Below, piece after piece: positions 28,701 to 42,290 of a stretch of 64,000 bases of DNA (position 1 is the first letter of the stretch; each line of letters begins with the position of its first letter). Below the pieces are notes generated by a model that was given only the letters and a program-made list of their open reading frames with translations, was not told where the DNA came from and searched no databases. This stretch comes from the human T2T-CHM13v2.0 reference genome, Homo sapiens: the NCBI RefSeq assembly GCF_009914755.1, contig NC_060930.1; one strand, given 5' to 3'. Both the position numbers and the translations under genes were made by a program.

Positions 28701-29060
28701 AAGCACCTCACGCAGGCCTGTGGAAAAGTTTATAAATAAGTGTGGGCTTCCCTGTGGGTGGAGTTCCTAGATATTTCAAACTAATAATAGTTCATACTTG
28801 TCTTTTAGAAATTTGTGAAAATTTTAGCTAATTTTTTCCTACTCACATTTGTAGGGAGGCCACCTATTTTTCCCATGCTTTGCCAAAGATTAAATACTTT
28901 GTATGTCCCTCTTGAGGGGCATATCACTCTTTGAACTTAATTTACTTGGCTGCCTTGAACCTCAGCTCTCTAATGGGCTCAAGGAAAGTAGTAATTTTGT
29001 ACATCTTCTGGCTTTTGGTCATTGTTAGCAGGAACAACGTTCTCTTGTATCTCTCTACAA
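25780..29060 (-). mobile_element. Composite old L1 (L1MB/MC/MD) fragments, interrupted by MER20
   Basis: ccttttccagaatgtca..ggaatcatacagtatgtag, ttgaggaagttcctttctattc, gtcactccagctttcttttgattag; the 28610-29060 part is 5'-end-like and less certain. Confidence 0.8.
27146..27368. mobile_element. MER20 hAT MITE
   Basis: cagcgcttctcaac..ctactggcatctag..ggatgctgccaaatatcct..acaacaaagaattatc. Confidence 0.88.
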
Positions 29061-30064
29061 CATTTACCAAAGTGGAACTCCTCTTTTCAGCATCTTAAAC
29101 AAATTTTGGATTTGAAATGGCTCAAAGCATTTGGGAACTCTATTTTACATACATTTTAAAATGAAGCTTCTATAGTTCTGTGGTATCTTATATGATCTTA
29201 ATTGTTAATTAGTTGGAAGGATATGTGTCATCTATTAGTAAGTTGTAGAGTTTTTGTTTTTAGACATTATTTGTCATAACCCCAAAGGGTCTATTTCTAC
29301 ATAAGTATTGAAATCATTTTTCAAAAAGCAGCAACAGAAAAAGCTGCTATAAATTTCATGGCTAAAGATTGGGAGATATTTGGGGGTGATGGTATCTGCT
29401 GATATTAACCTTGTGATCAGCCTAAATTTCTATTTATTACATTTTTACTTGTTTTTATTCCTATAAATATTATATATAAGATTAATAGTCAACTTATGGA
29501 ACATTTGTCACTGGAACATATTTGTCATTCCCTATTTATATATATACAAATGAAATACACATACTTGATCGAAGTAAATGCATTAAAAACAATCATCTTT
29601 AATTCCTTTGAATCTGTACTACATACAAACGACATAGTTTTAGGATTCTCTACAAATTCTTAAGTATAATTAAATCAGAATTAAGGTGATCATCTACATA
29701 TTGAAAGCTGCCTTCCAAATGAATGAAATGTAATATAACATTTCAAATATAAAAGGAAATGTTGATGCCCACGAAATAATTTCATCTTCATTTATCTAGG
29801 ATCAAATATTGTGAAGAAATTTAACATTATCTATGGATTAATATAAAGACAAATGCGATGGGCTGTAATTGAGCATTCAAATTAAGTTTTTCATATAGTG
29901 TGCTCATATGTTAGACCTTTAAGAAATGTGAATCAGATCTAATCATAGCAGCAGTGAGTGATAATGCAGTTTGCCAGCTAAGGCAAGGCACCCCAGGAAA
30001 ATGCTATTCATATAACATTGCCTAATCAGTGTATATCTAAGGCATCTTTAAAGGAAAATGTATA

Positions 30065-30430
30065 CAGATGCTCCTCCATTTATGATGGGGTTATGTCCAG
30101 ATAAAGTCATTGTAAGTTGAAAATATCATTAATCAAAAATGAATTTAAAACGCTTAACTTCCCAAACATCATAGCTTAGCCTAGCCTACCTTAAAAGTGC
30201 TCAGACACTTAACATTAACCTACAGTTGGGCAAAATTATCTAACACAAAGCCTATTTTACAATAAAATGTTAAATATCTCATGGAATTTATTGAATGCCG
30301 TACTGAAAGTGAAAAGCAGAATGGCCGTATGGGTACTTGAAGTATGGTTTCTACTGTGTGCTTATTATTTTCATGGTGTCATAAAGTCAAAAAATCATAG
30401 CGTAACCCTGGTTAAGTCAGGGACCATCTC
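30065..30430. mobile_element. MER47A (Tigger5-derived MITE), full length
   Basis: TA|cagatgctcctc...catcatagcttagcctagcctacctta...ggaccatctc|TA, with TA target duplication. Confidence 0.85.
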
Positions 30431-31817
30431 TATGTCCTTCATATACAAGATTTTATTATTTTACTTTTCAGAATTTCTCGCTGTGATGAAATTAATGTAG
30501 TTGGGAAAATAGTACTGGATTTAAATTCATTTCTAAGAACAGAAGAAAATTAAAGATATTAATTATGAAGTTACAAAACATATCAATGAGCTCTTTTTGG
30601 AATTTGAGTTTAGTATTTGAGTCAGAGTGATGTGAGAGATATTTATTTGCCAAGCATGAAGCAGAGACTTCAGTGGCTGCAGTAGCATAGTATCTGCTCC
30701 CAAGTGGTTTCCAGTCTGGTAAAGGGATATACAGAGCCTCAGTCTAAGTGCTGCAGGAGGCATGGACAGGATTCAGAATGCCCAGAGGTCCCCCAGGCAG
30801 CCAGGGAAGGGGAACACTGAAGATGGAGATCATTGGAGGAGGACGGCATTGCAAGCAGAAGATAAGAAAGAATCCCTTCTTCTCATCCACATGACACATA
30901 TCATAAGATCATATGGCCTCAAAATCATAGCTCTTCTTATTTTCCTTAAGAACATGGAGTTTCACATGCAATTAACTTAAATCTTCCCAGCCCTCCATTC
31001 TCCCTTCAATAATTACCTTTCTATTTTGCTGTTCATCTAATGCGCTTTAACACTATGCTATGTTAGAACTATTTTTTCTATTCTGTTTATTTTCAGGCTT
31101 TTAAGAAATTTTTATTAGACGATTTTAGTAATTCATGTGAAAAAGCATAAATTTACCAATCTGTAGCAGCAGATAATCCAAGGGAGAGTTCATGCTAGAA
31201 GCGGGGGATCAGGAGTAAATATTCTCCTAACTAAGAGCTTAGGTCAAACTAGAGTCCAAGAGAGTAGAGAGGTAAAGCCTGTGCTAAGAGCCAGAATATA
31301 GCAAGAAGCTTTTGATACTCTCAGCTGCCAACTAGGAAACGGGTGAGAACAGGCACACAAATGAGCAAAGGGGTAGAAATGAGATTTACAGCAATTGTAA
31401 TATATTTATTCAGTGCCTATAATCATCTTTGAATACACTCATTTATTTAGACTGTGCATTCTGTGTTGCATATTTGTTGATTAACATTTTCATTAGTTTA
31501 CCATTGTAGAAACAAAAATAGTAAGTTATGTGTCTGTAAGAAAGAGACATGACCTGCTAGGTCCTGTCCAGAGGTCTTACTAACTTGGCTGACTTAAAGA
31601 TATGATTAAAGGAATAAAGCCTTATTAGGAAGAAGTGGTTATTAACATCACCCAGAATGGCCAGAAATTTCAGCATAAATATTTATGAGAGAGTCCACTG
31701 AAACTACACATTTAGTAAAGGGAAACAAGATCTTTGGTTTTTGAGAACTTTCTACTGGACAAAAAACCTTGAAGTCAAAAGCTAGTCAAAGGTACCACGT
31801 GATACTTCTTGTTTCAG

Positions 31818-31979
31818 GTGAAGCTGCCTGTCTATCACAGAGCAACCACTGCACAACATCCAGAGTTGGCATTAAATCCAAAAGCTTTGGAGATGAATGA
31901 CTTCGTTAAGATTCCTCTCTGGGAATGTGAAGAGATGGGATCTAAACTCAAAGACTCTGATCCATAAATTTTTGGAGCT
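31818..31979 (+). other. Candidate 162-nt exon (probably non-coding)
   Basis: tacttcttgtttcag|GTG acceptor and GCT|gtaagt donor in non-repeat sequence; frame 1 is open for 49 codons, then TAA. Confidence 0.3.
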
Positions 31980-32287
31980 GTAAGTCTGAGGTCAAAAGAC
32001 ATGAATCTTAGGAAACAAATTTCCTTTTCTCCAGGGCTTCCTGTCTCTTTCCTCATCCAGTTATAAGGGAAAAAAAATATTACAGTAGAAGAAAAAATGG
32101 TCAGTGCAAGCTGATCTTGGCTAAGGTTAAAGGAGGGCCATACAATAATGGTCTGCCTCTTCCCATTTTTATTTAGCTTCCCAATAGAATAATGATCATG
32201 CTGTGGCATGTTTTGGAATAATTATATCTGGCAGAGGCATCACTCAGGTTTTGCCTGTATGTAAATGGAGGACTGTTTCCTTGTGAG

Positions 32288-32387
32288 TAGATGACCATGC
32301 CTCCCAATTTACCTGGCACTGTCTCAGGTTGTGCCCCTTTCTTCTCAAAATACCATGATTTGGATGAAAATATAAATTGCCACCCTG
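32288..32387. mobile_element. hAT-Blackjack MITE (MER94/MER81-like)
   Basis: agatgaccat..tcccaatttacctggcactgtc...tgccaccctg resemble Blackjack termini. Confidence 0.5.
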
Positions 32388-33151
32388 TTAATGAGCCACT
32401 GTTTTAGAGATGGCTCCCTCCCAGAAGGAAAGCTACCTAAAATACCCTCAGATGGTATTAGACATTAACGAAAAATAAACTTTAAATATTTTCTAGTCAC
32501 ATTAAAATAGCTAAAGTAAAAAAAGTGCAAATATCAGTAAAGGGATAATGCTTCACATACACATGCATGCACACACACACATTCACACACACGCTCTGGC
32601 CTATTTTTCAAATGGAAGTGCCTGTGAGGCTTAAAAGTATGATAAGAAGAAAAGGAAGAAAATAGATAAGATGTGCAAATGAGACAACCCTTACTAAAAG
32701 GGTGAAGGGACAAGGAGAAGTGCAGCCAATCCTGAGCAGAATGTACTGAAACATTCAGCATTTCTTCCCCAGGATGGCACGCTCCTCTGAAGAAATGATT
32801 CCATACGAAGGAGAAGGGTCCCCTTTCCAGATGACAGGCTTTGTCTTCAAAGCAAGGGTATGCAACTACTGGACTTTGTCTATACTTGGTAACTTTTATA
32901 AATAAATCAAGTCTGGTAATTCATGCTGTACCAAGAAAGGCTCTAGTTAGAAGAGCAGCATTAGCATTTTAGATTTTGGTCTAACAGACAGTGTAGCAAG
33001 GTCTCCTGGGTAAAGTTTTAAGAGCAATTAGAGCTAATAAAAAGACAGGCTTGTCAGCACTGAACAATGTGGAAAAGGAGAGCCAGTGGCTTGACTTTTG
33101 ATTTTGAACTGGACCCAAGTTAAAGCTAATACAATTGTTTTTTTCAGGAGT

Positions 33152-33153
<2 letters not shown>

Positions 33154-33182
<29 letters not shown>
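33154..33182 (+). repeat. (GT)n microsatellite
   Basis: Direct reading. Confidence 0.95.
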
Positions 33183-33183
<1 letters not shown>

Positions 33184-36100
33184 ACGTGTGCACTTGTTTG
33201 TGCGTAGCCTGTGCATGGGGTGAGGGGGTTCATGAACATAGATACAGTTCAGCTTTGGAATAAAAGTGAAAGGCATTTTTAGTTGCTTTCAAAACCTCTA
33301 AAAATAGCCATAAGTCTCTGCCAAAGCTAATATAGACAGGATTCCCATGGAAACCCTCTGGGCTAGAAGGGGCGGGTATTATTTTTTCACTGGTTATTGG
33401 TTAAAAGACTCCTACCCATTTTCTATAATGTAGGAGTGTGTTTACTGTCAAAACTGATGAATCAAATCTTAAAGGCACCTGCTTATCTGTTCTACTTATC
33501 TGAAGGAGAGAAAGTACAGTAGTGTCTGTACTTAATAAAAAATTTTCGCAAGGAATGCGTTAGTTAAGAAAAAAAAGTACCACCTTCTTTCACATTCTGT
33601 GCTTATATGTTCTGTAGCTAGTTTTTAAATTCCTACTTTGAGTCCATGGTCACAGCCAGATTTCATGATATTTTTACCCATATATTTATCTGTGATAACA
33701 GTCATCTGTTTTTACATTTTCTCATTTTGGGTGGTGTCTTATTTGGATGTATGTGTCAATTCCGAGGCACCAAGAATTAAAGGATGTATGATCAGCCTAG
33801 AATTTGACATTGTGAAGTTAACCCTTAGGAATTTTCATTTTCTTCACTTTCAGCTGGAAGATTAAAATTTCAAAAAATATTAAGAGCTAAGAATGATGAA
33901 CTTATTTCTTTTCTTTTGAATTATAACACCTTTGGGGAAAGTATTTTAACAAAATAATTAGCTGTTTATCAGTTTACAAATACAGAGATAAGAAGAACTT
34001 AAATCTTTTTAAAGATTACAAAAAGCAAGAATACAATAGAATTCTAAAGGTATTTTCCATATATTTCAGTAGATTCAGATTATGACTAGTTAAATGATTA
34101 ATTGATAGTTATTTTAAAAACTTTGATTGCTTTATTCTTTGATTTTATTCTTTTTCTTCTTTCTAATAATGCGTTTTCTAAACCATATTATAAGTAATAA
34201 TTAACATATGTACATGGTTCTTAATAACCTACTAAACACTTCCATGTAAATCATATTTAATCATCATAAATATAAACATAAAGGTTTATAAAGTCACCAT
34301 TTTTATAATTATTCTATAATTATGAAATAATATAAATATTCTTTATATGTCATTTTGTTTTATTTCTTCATGTGGTTAATGTCATTTAACTTATAGTTCT
34401 AGAAGATGTTTTTGCAGTAACTACAATATGCATATTTTTTTGCTTAGTATTTTACATCTTTAAGTAAAGATTGAGGAGGAAACGTAATGCCCTAAAATAT
34501 TACAGCTCACCAAACACATCATGGAGTCATATTTTAGGATATTCTTAGTCCCAGATAGCAGGAGTAGTGGCTAGAAACAAACCTTTGATACGTAGAAGTC
34601 CCCCAGATTCCTAGATAGTATCTGGAAGCATCCAGGGCCTGGTGCTGAAAGGATCTGGTTTTCTTCTCCTGTTGTAGTGGCTAAGAGGCCTGTGTAGAAA
34701 AAGCTGTGGGTCTCACAGACAGCGATCTTATCGCTAGAGCTGGGTTAGGGGTATATCCAGGAGACATTTTCCTTCTCTGAGCCCCACTTGCAAGAGACAT
34801 TCGCTATACCCAGAGGGAACTCCAGTAGAAGTGCCAGGTAAATCTGAAATATGTGCTACCATTCCATATAGGAAAAATTCAAAAAATCACGTCAAATATC
34901 TGGGGGGAAGGAAAGGAAAGGGTATCACAGTCAGGAAATAACATTTTTGTGGTTAACTTTACAGATTTTAAATTGTTGGTTTTAGTTTTGTGAGACTAAA
35001 GGGAGGTGAAAAGGGAGGAGGGAGGTCCCAGTGTAAAAAGCGTAGGTTTGGGAATTACTCAGGCCTGGGTTTTAAACACAGCTTTGCCATCCAACTAGCC
35101 AATGACTTTAGAATACTTAAAAAAAAAAATAGAATACGTTTTAAGTTTAGATCTTACACACTTTTTGATCGAAGACAGCAGAGTTAATTATATGAGGTGG
35201 ATCGTGTATCATTTTAACCAGGCATCAGCTTTCACAATGGTTAAACAATGCTTGACACTGAAGGATTTTGAAAACATCAGGACGAAAAGGTGGTGTAGTA
35301 TGGCCAAAAATGTGATACTGTTGTAATCTGCCAGAAAGCTGATTTAGCTTGGGCAGTGTTTCCTAGGTACTAGAATAAACACAGCCTATTGTCCAGATGA
35401 GAAGAGGATGATAGTGTGTTGTGATTAAATGAGTAAGTAATACTTATATATTGTTTGCTGCTGTTTGAATAACTAACATTTACTGCTGTATCTCATGAAT
35501 TATTTAAGTATATTACAATCATCAATTTTAGTTAGATTTTCTCTTTATTTACTAAATTGGCCTATCATTGTCACTTATATCTTATTTAAATATTTAGTCT
35601 TATCTTCCCAAGATATAATAGTAATTGGGCAGCACTGAGCCATTTTAGTAATGCTTGTAGTAAGCACACACATGCACACTGAAACCTATACAATTATATT
35701 GATAAGCTGTTATCCAGAATCGGATGTTTTCATAAATAAAAATTTGTTCCATAAATGGTAGATTTTAGTTTACCTAGGGGTAAACTGTGAATCATATAAT
35801 GCATCACTTATTTATTACAAACATAAAAATTCACTTTCATATAAAGATATATCTTTATATTTATTTTTCTGAAAAAATGCTAGCACTCTGGGCCCTGGGT
35901 GTGTCACTTCCATAGCATATTGAATGGTATTAACAAGCCTTACATTAATTATTTTTTAAACAGGCTTAATAGCCCCACAGGCAGGATGTGTTGGCCTTAA
36001 AGGGCTGAGTTATTATAAACACTATCTGTGTAGACATTTAAAAGAAACAGTGTGGGAGTTAAAATTACAGGTTCAAGAACCTATTTTTCGTCTTTCTCCC

Positions 36101-37059
36101 ACACATAGACTCATCTCCTGTCATATTATTTCCCAAAAGTTTGCAAATTTCCAGTGTTTCTCCATAAATCCTTCTTTTACATAAGTGTATAAAATGTCAA
36201 TTACAAGTCATGCTTGGTGCCCTTTATTGTCTTAAGATTCTTAATATCTGAATGCTTAGAATGTAAATTCTTACAATTCTAATACCTTAGTATTTGAAAA
36301 CGTTATGTTATGAGTACAAAGGTGTTCATTTCAAGACTGAGGCTTCTATTGTAATTTCTGTCCTAAAGGAGGCCTCCAGCCAGGGCTTTCTCTGAATTCC
36401 ATAATATTCTAGTTAAGGGTTTGGCAAGTAAGGAAAGGGAAAGCCTAAAGAGGAAGACACATGAAAGAACAAAGTAATGTTTTCCAAGTAGTCCCTTGAG
36501 GGGTAAACATGAGCTGTTGTGGAAAGAAACAGGACTTCTCGGGGAGAAAAAACCTGGGTTGAATTCTGATTCCACCATTTTGTTGTCCTGTATCCTTGAG
36601 AAAGTATGTAATCCCTTTTCACTTTTGTCTCCATTTCAATATAGAACACTAATGAAAACAACTTTTTTTGATCAGATCCAGTACTCTCTTTTGTAAAATG
36701 ATTCAGTACCTCTAAGTTACTGTGCAAGTATAAGGTCTTATAATCATTATTTTGATAATAGCTACCAAGAATGAGGAAAGAAAATCTACATAGCCAAGTC
36801 ACTAGAAAGGCTGCATTTGCCAAGGTCATACTTAGAACACTGGGAAATGTTCATATGTGACATCTAATAATGAAAAAAAACACTCTGTTAGTTTAATTGT
36901 AAAATTAGGCTCGATTCTAAATTGTACTCATTTGGAACAACAAAAACAAAAATAAAAACCAACCAACCAACAAACAAACTGTATGAGACTTTATCAAAAT
37001 ATATTCCCCTAACCCACTAGGTAGAAATTGGTGACAAAAGAATATAAACTATTTGGTGT

Positions 37060-39950
37060 GACAAATAAATATTAAGTATCTGCTATGTGCTGGCTACTAT
37101 GGGAAGTGCTAGGAATACTGTTTTGAACAAGGAAAGCACAATCCCTGATCCCTTTTTTATTTTTCTTCTATTTTTAATTTTTGTGGGTAAGTAGTATGTG
37201 TATATATTTACGGGGTACATGAGATGTTTGATACAGGCATGCAATGTGAAATAAGCACGTCACGAAGAATGGGACATCCATCCCCTCAAGCATTTATCCA
37301 TTGGGTTGCAAACAATCCAGTTATACTCTTTAAAAAGTTATTTTAAAATGTACAGTTGTTATTATTTACTATAGTCATCCTTTTGTGCTATCAAATAGTA
37401 GGTCTTATTCATTCTCTCTATTTTTTGTACCCATTAACCATTCCTACTTCCCCCTGCCCCCAGCACCCCACTACCCTTGCAAGCCTCTTAGTAACCATCC
37501 TTCTAGTCTCCATGTCCATGAGTTCAATTATTTTGATTTTTAGATCCCAAACAAGTGAGTGAGAACATGCAATGTTTGTCTTTCTGTGCCTGGCTTATTT
37601 CACTTCACATAATGATCTCCAGTTCCATCCATGTTATTGCAAATGACTGGATCTCATTCATTTTTATGGCTGAATAATACTGTATTGTGTATATGTACCG
37701 CATTTTCTTTATTCATTCATCTGTTGATGAACACTTAGGTTGCTTCCAAATCTTAGCTGTTGTAAACAGTGCTGCAACAACATAGGAATGCAGATATCTC
37801 TTCAATATATTGATTTCATTTCATTTGGGTATACACCTAGCAGTGGGATTTCTGGATCATATGGTAGCTCAATTTTTAGTTTTTTGAGAATCCTTCGAAT
37901 TGTTTTCCATAGTGGTTGTACTAATTTACATTCCCACCAACAGTGTACAAGTGTTCCCTTTTCTGTACATTCTTGCCAGCATGATCCCTTGAGTTTATAT
38001 TCTGGTTGTGGGGGAACAGTGGGCAGGGTGGAGGGAGAAGAAATACAAGCAATAATCAATAAATAAGAATCTCAGATCAAGATAAGGACCATGCAGAAAG
38101 CTAAAACAGAGCAATGAGTCAAAATGACCAACGTCTACTTTACACTGGGTGGTCAGGAAAGTCCATGGTGATATTTAAGCAGAAGTCTTAATGATCAAAA
38201 ATAAGCCAACACTTTGAAGACTGAAATAAGAGTGTTCTGTGAAGAGGGACCAGATATTATCAAAAAAGGTCCTAAGACAGAAATGATGTAGAGGGTCTTG
38301 AGGATCAGTATGGCTGAAACATACCAATAAGGCAGACGTGTGGATTCATGTACTGAGAAATAGGCAGGAGGCAGCTGATATCAACCTTCCTATATCACAG
38401 GTAAGCTGTTTAGATTATATTATAAGCCTGATGAGTTACCACTGTGGCTTTTTAGGCAGAAGAATGACTTGATCTGATTTGTATGTATATAAAACATAAT
38501 GCTCTATGGTGATTAGACTGTAGGTAGGAAACAAGAGTGGAAACTGGGAGACCTGCTAGGAGATTATTACAGAAGAGACCTAGTGGCTTCAACTAGGATG
38601 ACAGTAACAAAGACATTAATTCATTCATCTGTTTATGCCTTCAACAAATATTAACTAATGATCTACTGTGTGCCAAGTCCTCTCTAGATATCAGGCATGC
38701 ACCAAGGGTCAAAAGCAAAGAAACTGCCTTTATGTGGCTTATATTCAGTAGAGGATATAGACAATCAAGGGGAATTAAGAGTGATGGGTCTAATTTTAGA
38801 TAGGATGGTCAGGGAAGACTTCTGCTCATACCTAAATGAAGAGAGGGAGCAAGCATTGCAGTTGTCTGGGACAAAAGGGACTCAGACAGAGAGATAGCAA
38901 GAAGACCCTAGGATGGGAGTGTGCTTGAGGAGTTGGGATAACAGCACTATGGCTGGAGCACAGTTCGGTAGGAGACAAATGGCAAGAGTTTAGATCTGGA
39001 GGCCAGCTAAAAGCTAAATCATGCAAGGCTGGGTAGACCATAACACGGCCTTTGAATTTTGTTCTAAATTCATTGAAAGTCATCGGAAGGCTTTGAAAAA
39101 GGAAGTGACTTGATCTGATCTGTATTTTAAAATAATCACTCCGGCTACTGTGGGAAAAAAAGATAATGGATATGGCGGTACTAGAAAGGAAGCAGAAGAA
39201 CCTATTTGGAGACTATTGGACTAAACCAGGCAAAAGATGATGGCGGATTGGCCTAGGTTGGTAGCAGTGGAAGTAGTAAGAATTGTTCATTTTCCAGATA
39301 CAATCTGAAGGTAGAGCCTGCAGGATTTGCTAACACTTTCTATGTTGGATATGAGAGTAAAGAGCCAAGAAAATTCCAAGGCTTTTGTCCTGAACAATTG
39401 AGCAAATGGTGGCACCATTTGCTGGAGATGAGAGGGAAAAATATGGTATGTTGGGGGCAATAAGGGAAGGTTGGGGATCAAATGTTTGCATTTGGGCATG
39501 TTAAGTTAGAGATGCCTATTGTGGAGTTTGCTAGTAGAAAGTTGTATATATAAAGCTAGAGTTTAGAGTAGAAGATGAACTTAGAGATATATATGTGTGT
39601 CATCACAGCATAAAGATGGTATTTAAGCTATGTAACTAAATGAAATCACCTAGAAAATGAAGGTAGGTAGAAAAGAGGAGATGAGGAGAATGAATTTAAA
39701 ATGTGCTTTGAAGATAGAGATAAGAGAACTTGCTGATGGGTCAGGGTAAGGAACAATCATAGCTAAATTTGTTTTCAACAACCGAGTGGATAGGTATAAT
39801 TCACTGAGTTGGGAGAGACTGGAGAAGGAGCAACAATAAGTTTGTAGGAAAGGAATGAAGAGTTGTCTTTTGGTACGTTAAATTTAATGTACCTGTTAGA
39901 AATGCAAATGAACTTGTTAATGCATAATAGACATTTAAAATCAAGAGTGA
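37060..39950 (-). mobile_element. L2 fragments (several, nested around the L1MA)
   Basis: tattaagtatctgctatgtgctgg, attcattcat..ttcaacaaatatt, gacttgatctgat, tttgggcatgttaagttagagatgcctatt. Confidence 0.75.
37155..37981 (-). mobile_element. L1MA (MA1-4-like) 3' end inserted into an L2
   Basis: ggggtacatgagatgtttgatacaggcatgcaatgtg and tttctgtgcctggcttatttcact; TSD tgatccctt at 37146-37154 and 37982-37990. Confidence 0.9.
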
Positions 39951-39959
39951 AATCAGTTA

Positions 39960-40910
39960 ATGGTGTTAGGGTAACTGGATAGCCACATGAAAAAGAATGA
40001 AATTGGACCCTTACCTCACATTATACACAAAAATTAAGTCAAAATGGATCAAGACCTAAATGTAAGAGCTGAAACTGTAAAGCTCTTAGAAGAAAACACA
40101 GGAGTAAATCATTATAATCTTGGTTTTGAGAAAGAATTATTAAATATGACACCAAAAACCCAGCAATAGAAGAAAAAATTAGATAAATTTGATTTCATCA
40201 AAGTTAAAAAATTTTTGTGCTTCAAAAGACACCATAAAGAAAGTGAAAAGAGAACCCACAGAATGGGAGAAAATATTTGCAAATTGCATATCCGATAAGA
40301 TTATAATAACCAGAATATATTAGAAAGTCTTACAACTCAATAGTATAAAGACATTTCATTTTAACAAATGAGTGAAGGATCTAAGTAGATGTTTCTCCAA
40401 AAAAGATACGCAGATGGCAAGTAATACATGAAAAGATGTTTGATACTGTTAGCCATCAGTGAAATGCAAAACAAAAGCACAATGAGATACCACTTCACCC
40501 CAACTAGGATGGCTATAGTAAAAAAGGCAGATAATGATATGTGGAGGAAGATATGGAAATACTGGAACCCTCATACATGCTGGTAGGAATGTAAAATGGT
40601 GCAGTAATTTTGGAAAACAGTCAAACAGGCTGGCAGCTTCTCAAAGGCTTAAATTTAATGTTACCATATGACCCAGCAATTCCACTAATAGACATATATC
40701 CAAGAGAAATGAAAACATATGTCCACACAAAAACTTGAACATTAATGTTCATAGAAACATTGTTCATAATAGCCTAAAAGTAGAAATGCCCCTAAATGTC
40801 CATGAACTAATGAATGGGTAAATAAAATGTGGTGTGAGAGGCAGGGATGTGTCAGAGATAGTTAAGAGGAATTGGGCAGTGACTACTAAAAGGTACAGGA
40901 TTTCTTTTAG
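39960..40910 (+). mobile_element. L1MB-type ORF2 3' fragment (decayed)
   Basis: aactggatagccacatgaaaaagaatgaaattggaccc, gacctaaatgtaagagctgaaact, cacaatgagataccacttcac. Confidence 0.88.
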
Positions 40911-41489
40911 AGGGAACCGTCAGCTGAAACCTAAAAAGAGGCTGAATACAAGGAGACCAGATGACTGACTATTGAGTTTGGTGGCCTGGAAACAATTGGT
41001 GGAGAGCCTTCTTGGTGGAGTTGAGGAGGGAAGTCGAACTGGAATGGATGGAGGAGAGAAAAGGTGAGGAAGGGAAGATAACTTCTGATAGCTTCTTCAA
41101 GAAATTTTGCTTTGAAGACAAACAGAATATGGGATAGGAAATGGGTTAAAGTTGACTTTTGTTATTTATTTTCTTTGTTTTAGAGCAGTTTTGCTTTTTG
41201 ATGTGACTGTTTTAGTATAGAAAGAGAAATTGATGGTACAAATGGGAGATAGAGGATAATTATTGAAGTCTCTGAGAGAGAATGAGTCCACATGGAAAAC
41301 GGATGAAACTTAGATAGAGATGGGGCCCTTCATTCAACGTAATTGGAGGAAAGTGGAAGACTGAGTAGGTAAAAATAAGTGGCCCCAGTTATCATATCAC
41401 AATCTACTTCATGAGAATTAATGGGCTTCTTTATAGTTACCTTATTTTTAAAACCACTGTGTGTGTGTGTGCGTGTGCATTAATGTATT

Positions 41490-41531
41490 AAATTTATTTT
41501 CATTGTAAAAAAATTTATTTTCATTGTAAAA
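41490..41531 (+). repeat. Perfect 21-bp tandem duplication
   Basis: aaatttattttcattgtaaaa twice. Confidence 0.9.
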
Positions 41532-42119
41532 CCCAATTTTTGTTTCCCTTTCATCGTGTCCCAATCTGGGATCATCCAACATGGTTTACATTTAAAAATA
41601 TTTTACTGCCCACTTCACAATTGGAGCTATCTGTAAGGCTTTAGCCAACAATTCTTGCAGTGGAGGAGAGGGAAGCATTTCATCATATGGAAAAATAGCC
41701 ACTCTGCAAATAGTGAGTCTCCCAATCTTTGGCCCTAGCCCGGAAGTCCTCAAGTAGTACTCTCCTTTCCTCAGATACTTTGCTTTTCCTATTTCCACGT
41801 ATGCAATGATCAGAAAAGGATAAGCCTCCAGAAGAGAACAGAGTTAAATAATTTTGACTCTAAAACAGAAATATCATGCCATACCAATACATGAATAGAG
41901 AACAAATGCATATATATTGTTTTGTTCACCTTTTCAAAAGGAATTTTGAATTTTTGAAAGTAATGTGATATAATGTTTAATGCTGTATGCTTAATAAAAA
42001 TACATACTTTTAAGGTAACAGCTATGTTTGGATTGTTTGATAGAATAAAGTATCAAAATAAATCTAAGCATGATCAAATACAAAATCATAGATACATCAT
42101 AAAATATGAGGGCTATCTG

Positions 42120-42290
42120 TATTTTTCAATCCTTAGAATCATCTGGTGGAGTTTCTAAAATAAAATATCGATGTCTAAGCTCCACCCCAGATCAATTAAA
42201 TCAGAATATCTGGAGGGGTACCTGAGCAGAGATTTTTTTTTTTTAAAGCTCTGTAGCTGATTCCATGTGCAGCCAGGGTTGAGAAACTTT
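42120..42290. mobile_element. MER5A-like MITE
   Basis: ttagaatcatctgg..ccaccccagatcaattaaatcagaatatct..gcagccagggttgagaa. Confidence 0.75.

Noticed and set aside
33365-33410. GC box plus reverse CCAAT as a promoter
   Set aside because: Two isolated short motifs with no CpG island or downstream exon support.
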